Shown here piece after piece: positions 59,587 through 64,000 of a DNA stretch of 64,000 nt (position 1 is the first letter of the stretch; the number at the start of each line of letters is the position of its first letter). The DNA comes from an uncultured Solirubrobacteraceae bacterium (GTDB lineage: Bacteria > Actinomycetota > Thermoleophilia > Solirubrobacterales > Solirubrobacteraceae). The position numbers and the translations under genes were made by a program. Below the pieces are notes generated by a model that worked only from the letters and a program-made list of their open reading frames with translations, was not told the DNA's origin and searched no databases. The stretch lies in the NCBI GenBank assembly GCA_964588985.1, contig CAZPQW010000019.1:1-64000 (forward strand), written 5' to 3'.

Positions 59587-62500
59587 CGAGCGCTCGCTCT
59601 CGCGGTCGACGGCTCCTCGGTCTCCTCGTGGCCCTGTGTTCGAGCGTGACGCTCGTGGCGGCGTTCGGCGCCGCGCCGGCACTCGCGGCGGGATCGTGGT
59701 GGAGCCTGACCTCCAGTGCGGCGCCGACGAACCTGTCGCCGACAGAAGAAGGCCAGATACTCGTGATGGCCACCAACCGCGGTTATGCGGACGCGAAAGC
59801 CAGCGCCGGACACCCGCTCAAGGTGATAGACCACCTGCCGGTCGGGCTCGAAGTCGGTGCCGAAGGCGCGCGGGCCGTGTTCCTCAGCCTTCCGATCAGC
59901 TGTCCGGTGGCGACCGGACAGACCGTTGTGTGCGAACTGCCACAGGCGGTCCCCGCGGGGGAAGACCTGGAAATCAAAATCGGAGTGAAGGCAACGGTTC
60001 CCAGCGGTACGACCTTGAGCAACGAACTCGTGATCGAAGGCGGCGAAGGCCAAGCGGTCACGCCGCCTGTGAAAGCTCCGGTGCGCGTGGACAGCGCCGC
60101 GACCCAGTTCGGTGTCGAAAAGTACGAACTGAAGCCGGAAGGCGAAGACGGTTCCGTCGACGCGCAGGCCGGCTCTCACCCGTTCCAGCTCACGACCACG
60201 TTCAACCTCAACAAGACGATCGAATTCAACACCAACTACAAACACCTCGAAGCGACCGCTCCGATCCTCCCTCGCGATCTGCGCTTCGTGCTGCCGCCAG
60301 GCCTGCTCGGCAACATCACGGTCGTGCCTCAGTGCTCGGGCGTCGACTTCGCCACGATCGGCCAGGAGGACATCAACCTGTGTCCCTCCGACACCGCCAT
60401 CGGCACCGCGCGAGTGACGATCAACGAACCTACGGTGTTCGGAGGTGCGCTCACCGAAGCGGTCCCGGTCTTCAACCTGGCGCCCGAAAAAGGCGAACCC
60501 GCCCGCTTCGGTCTCGAGATCGACAAAGTGCCCGTCGTCTTCAACACCGCTGTGCGAACCGGCAGCGACTACGCCGTCGAAGTCAGCGTCGACAACGCGT
60601 CGCAGGCCGCGGCGCTGCTCAGCACCGAGGTGACGTTCTGGGGTGTGCCCGGGGACCCTCGTCACGACCAGTCACGTGGATGGGAGTGCATCGGTCACGG
60701 GCACTTCGTCGCCAAAGCCGAACCGGCGACGCCATGCGAACCGCTGGAAGAAACCAGCCCGCCGGCCTTCCTCACGCTGCCGACGTCCTGCTCGAGCACG
60801 CCGGTCACCACGGTCACCGGCGACTCGTGGCCCACCGGCCCGAGCCGCACCGTGAGCCAGCTTGCCGCCAGCTACGAATTCCCATCGGCGCTTCAGAACT
60901 GCGACCTGCTCGGCTTCTCACCCGCGATCAGCGTGGAACCGGAAACCCATGCGGCGAACGAACCGAGCGGACTGGCTGTCGACGTGACGGTGCCGCAGGC
61001 GTCGACGATCTCCGCCACCGAACTGGCCGAGGCCGACGCCAAGGAAGCCACCGTGGCGCTGCCCGCGGGCGTGCTCGCGAGTCCCGGCGCCGCCAACGGG
61101 CTGCAGGCGTGCTTCACCACGAGCATCGGTCTCGAAGCCGGGTTCTCCGAACCGAGCCAGCTCGAAAACGACCACTTCAACGCGGGCGCGGCGTCATGCC
61201 CCGACGGCTCGAAGATCGGCACCGCGGTGATCGAAACGCCGCTGCTCAAAAACCCGCTCGCTGGTTTCGTCTATCTCGCCAACCAGGACACGAACCTGGT
61301 GGAAGAAAAGCTGGTGCTGTATCTGGTCGCCGAAGACCCGGTCTCGGGCGTGCGCGTGAAGCTCGCGGGCGACGTGCACGTGGATCCGACGACCGGCCAG
61401 CTCGTCTCGACGTTCAAGAACACCCCGCCCGAGCCGTTCTCCGAGCTGAAGCTGAGCTTCTTCGGTGGAGGCCGCGCGTCGCAGTCAACGCCCGCGCAGT
61501 GCGGTACCTACACGACCCACGCGACGTTCGTCCCCTGGTCGGGGACCTCGCCGGCGCCCGTGTCCTCGAGCTTCGAAATCACCTCCGGACCGAAGGGCAC
61601 GGCCTGCGCCAACCCGCAGCCGTTCGCTCCGTCCTTCCAGGCCGGCTCGGTCGACAACCGGGCGGGCGCGTTCACGAACTTCTCGCTGACGATCGGCCAC
61701 GCCGACACCGACCAGTGGCTGCAGGCGCTGACCGTCCACCTGCCGTCGGGCGTCGCCGCGCTGCTCTCCACGGTCACGCCGTGCCCCGAACCCGCCGCGG
61801 GTCAGGAATGGGCGTGCGGGCCGGAAAGCCTGATCGGGCACTCGACCGCGAGCTCGGGCCTCGGCGAAGACCCGTTCACGCTCGGGGGCAGCGTGTATCT
61901 CACCGTGGGCTACGACAAAGCGCCGTTCGGCCTGCTGGTGGTCACGCCCGCGGACGCCGGCCCGTTCCACCTCGGCAACGTGGACGTGCGCTCGCGCATC
62001 GAAGTCGACCCGACCACGGCGGCGGTGACGATCGTCAGCGATCCGTTCCCGACATACGTGAAGGGCGTGCCGGTGCAGCTCAAACAGATCAACGTGACCG
62101 TCGATCGCCCCGGCTTCGAGTTCAACCCCACCAACTGCAACCAGATGGCGATCACCGGATCTCTCAGCAGTACTGGGGGGCTCAGCGAGTCGGTCTCCTC
62201 GCCCTTCCAGGTCGCAAACTGCGCGACGCTCCCGTTCAGCCCGAAGCTGACCGCGAGCACACAGGCGCAGGCGAGCAAAGCGAACGGAGCGGCGCTCAAC
62301 GTCAAGGTCGAATCGACGGGGCTCGGACAGGCGAACATCGCGAAGGTCGACCTGCAGCTGCCGGTCGCGCTGCCGTCGCGCCTGTCGACGATCCAGAAAG
62401 CGTGCCTCGAAGTGGTCTTCAAGGCCAACCCGGCCGCGTGTGACGAAGGCTCGAACATCGGCTACGCCACGATCCACACGCCGGTACTCAAGGACCCGCT

Positions 62501-62984
62501 CACCGGGCCCGCGTATCTCGTCGCCAAGGGCGGCGCGGCGTTCCCCGACGTGGAGTTCGTGCTCCAGGGCGAAGGGATCCTGCTGATCCTCGACGGCAAG
62601 ACGGACATCAAAAAAGGCATCACCTACTCGCGCTTCGAAGCCACCCCCGACGCGCCCTTCACGACCTTCGAAACGGTCCTGCCGACCGGGCCGCACTCCG
62701 CGCTCACAGCTTACGTCCCCGCCAGCCGCAACTTCAACGTGTGCGGCACGAAGCTGGAAATGCCCACCGAAATCGTCGGCCAGAACGGCGCGGTGATCAG
62801 GCAGACCACGAACATCGTCGCCAACGGCTGCGCCGCCTCTCACCCGCTTACCCGCGCCCAGCTGCTCGCGAAGGCGCTCAAGACGTGCAGGAAGGCCAAG
62901 AAGAAGAGCAAGCGCGTCAGCTGCGAAAAGCAGGCCCGCAAGAAGTACGGGCCGAAGGCCAAGAAGGCGAAGAAGAAGCATTAA
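59583..62984 (+). CDS. Large secreted protein with four tandem Cys-containing beta domains and basic Cys-pair tail
   Basis: ATGA overlap; signal ending ALA; LP.G...C...C..S.IG motif repeated four times. Confidence 0.85.
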   Translation: MTSARSRGRRLLGLLVALCSSVTLVAAFGAAPALAAGSWWSLTSSAAPTNLSPTEEGQILVMATNRGYADAKASAGHPLKVIDHLPVGLEVGAEGARAVFLSLPISCPVATGQTVVCELPQAVPAGEDLEIKIGVKATVPSGTTLSNELVIEGGEGQAVTPPVKAPVRVDSAATQFGVEKYELKPEGEDGSVDAQAGSHPFQLTTTFNLNKTIEFNTNYKHLEATAPILPRDLRFVLPPGLLGNITVVPQCSGVDFATIGQEDINLCPSDTAIGTARVTINEPTVFGGALTEAVPVFNLAPEKGEPARFGLEIDKVPVVFNTAVRTGSDYAVEVSVDNASQAAALLSTEVTFWGVPGDPRHDQSRGWECIGHGHFVAKAEPATPCEPLEETSPPAFLTLPTSCSSTPVTTVTGDSWPTGPSRTVSQLAASYEFPSALQNCDLLGFSPAISVEPETHAANEPSGLAVDVTVPQASTISATELAEADAKEATVALPAGVLASPGAANGLQACFTTSIGLEAGFSEPSQLENDHFNAGAASCPDGSKIGTAVIETPLLKNPLAGFVYLANQDTNLVEEKLVLYLVAEDPVSGVRVKLAGDVHVDPTTGQLVSTFKNTPPEPFSELKLSFFGGGRASQSTPAQCGTYTTHATFVPWSGTSPAPVSSSFEITSGPKGTACANPQPFAPSFQAGSVDNRAGAFTNFSLTIGHADTDQWLQALTVHLPSGVAALLSTVTPCPEPAAGQEWACGPESLIGHSTASSGLGEDPFTLGGSVYLTVGYDKAPFGLLVVTPADAGPFHLGNVDVRSRIEVDPTTAAVTIVSDPFPTYVKGVPVQLKQINVTVDRPGFEFNPTNCNQMAITGSLSSTGGLSESVSSPFQVANCATLPFSPKLTASTQAQASKANGAALNVKVESTGLGQANIAKVDLQLPVALPSRLSTIQKACLEVVFKANPAACDEGSNIGYATIHTPVLKDPLTGPAYLVAKGGAAFPDVEFVLQGEGILLILDGKTDIKKGITYSRFEATPDAPFTTFETVLPTGPHSALTAYVPASRNFNVCGTKLEMPTEIVGQNGAVIRQTTNIVANGCAASHPLTRAQLLAKALKTCRKAKKKSKRVSCEKQARKKYGPKAKKAKKKH

Positions 62985-63031
62985 TAGGAGCGGCCACGCG
63001 CGCGCTCTGCCGTGCCACGGCCTGCCCCGAG

Positions 63032-63661
63032 TTACCCCGGTTCGTTATCCAGGGAGCGCCACAGATACCGGCACGCGAGCGTCCGGTGCGGGCGCCACGG
63101 CTCGGCGATCAGCTCCATCGCCGCGGGCGCGGGCAGCGCATCGAGGCCGTAGGCCCGTTCGATCGCGCGGCGGATGCCGAGGTCGCCCACCGGAAGCACG
63201 TCCGGTCGCTCGAGCTGGAACATCAGGAACATGTGCGCGGTCCACACGCCGAGTCCCTTGACCGCGACCAGCTCCGCGATCGCCTGCTCGTCGCTGAGCT
63301 CGTCGAGGCGATCGAGCTCCAGCTCGCCCGAGATGACGTGTTCGGCGAGCGAGCGCAGGTAGCTCACCTTGGCGCGCGAGAAGCCCGCCGCGGCGCGCAG
63401 CTCTTCTGGGTCGTCGGCGAGGATCTCCTGCGGCGTTGGAGCCCTGTCTTCGAAGCGCGCGGTGAGCCGGTTGTAGATCGAGCGCGCCGCCTTCACCGAC
63501 AGCTGCTGGCCGGCGATCGCGCGCACGAGCGCGCCGTAGTGGTCGCTCTGGTCCGGACGTCCCTCTCGCGCGTCGCCGAGCGGGCCGACCGCGTCGATCA
63601 GCCCCGCGAGAACCGGGTCGGACTTGCGCAGGTGCGCCAAGCCCTTGGGTCTGCCCGCCAC
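63032..63661 (-). CDS. DNA-3-methyladenine glycosylase II (AlkA, HhH-GPD)
   Basis: I.GQQLS..AA, VKGLG.WTA.MFL, LPVGDLG, W.P.R. Confidence 0.9.
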   Translation of the reverse strand: MAGRPKGLAHLRKSDPVLAGLIDAVGPLGDAREGRPDQSDHYGALVRAIAGQQLSVKAARSIYNRLTARFEDRAPTPQEILADDPEELRAAAGFSRAKVSYLRSLAEHVISGELELDRLDELSDEQAIAELVAVKGLGVWTAHMFLMFQLERPDVLPVGDLGIRRAIERAYGLDALPAPAAMELIAEPWRPHRTLACRYLWRSLDNEPG

Positions 63662-63669
63662 GGCCGGCC

Positions 63670-64000
63670 TCAGGCCGACAGCTCGGTCGCGAGCGCCACC
63701 GGCTCGCCGTCGAGCGCGTTCAGCGCGCGCTCCAGCGACATCGCCAGGCACGTGAAGCTGGGGGTGTCGCGGACGGTGTAGCGCGACGCCTCGGTGGTGC
63801 GCAGCTGCTGCACGAGGTCGAGGAACGTGCCCACGTCGTCGGTGTCGAACGCGACCACGAACTCCTGATCGTCGAGGCCGAACGAGTACGTGGTGTGGTT
63901 GTCCACGCCGGGGTATTCGCGGCCTACCTGGATGTGGCCCTGCATGATCCTCCATCGCTCCTCCGCGGGCAGCGCGTACCACTCGCGCGACTTCACGAAC
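63670..64000 (-). CDS. Chlorite dismutase/ChdC(HemQ)-family heme protein (partial, runs off window end)
   Basis: K.REWY.LP.EER..M..H, YSFGLDDQEFVVAF. Confidence 0.85.
   Translation of the reverse strand, partial: FVKSREWYALPAEERWRIMQGHIQVGREYPGVDNHTTYSFGLDDQEFVVAFDTDDVGTFLDLVQQLRTTEASRYTVRDTPSFTCLAMSLERALNALDGEPVALATELSA

Noticed and set aside
54342-62981. Long Phe-rich antisense ORFs across the secreted cluster
   Set aside because: They are the reverse complement of GAA/AAA codons (TTC/TTT), a by-product of the codon bias rather than genes.
53902-62984. Simple horizontal transfer from a low-GC donor as the cause of the codon bias
   Set aside because: Gly, Ala, Thr, Val, Phe, Asn and Gln codons remain mostly C/G-ending; only Glu and Lys shift.

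Overview
High-GC actinobacterial chromosome segment. Gene content and protein style suggest Thermoleophilia/Solirubrobacterales (inference). The backbone is ordinary metabolism: polyamine/omega-amine catabolism with a PucR regulator, DEAD-box helicase, GH15, bioA/bioBFD, an acyl-CoA degradation cluster with BKACE and MerR, nitrilase-TetR, grxD-bolA/erpA, alkA and a ChdC-like gene. Two accessory regions stand out. (1) A defence island at about 23.0-34.8 kb holds decayed toxin-antitoxin fragments, a Fic protein, Type III-like res-mod, a UvrD/PD-(D/E)XK helicase-nuclease and a low-GC membrane protein, and ends at a degenerate tRNA 3' fragment. (2) A four-gene secreted-protein cluster at 53.9-63.0 kb has two Cys-rich paralogues ending in LEIKA and two large proteins sharing a basic Cys-pair C-terminal tail. 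It has a long structured leader, intergenic hairpins and a striking switch to GAA/AAA codons (Glu/Lys only) while other codons stay GC-rich. This cluster is the best candidate for an undescribed system: a sortase-independent surface fibre or layer, possibly under codon-level translational control. No CRISPR array, rRNA, intact tRNA or transposase was seen.
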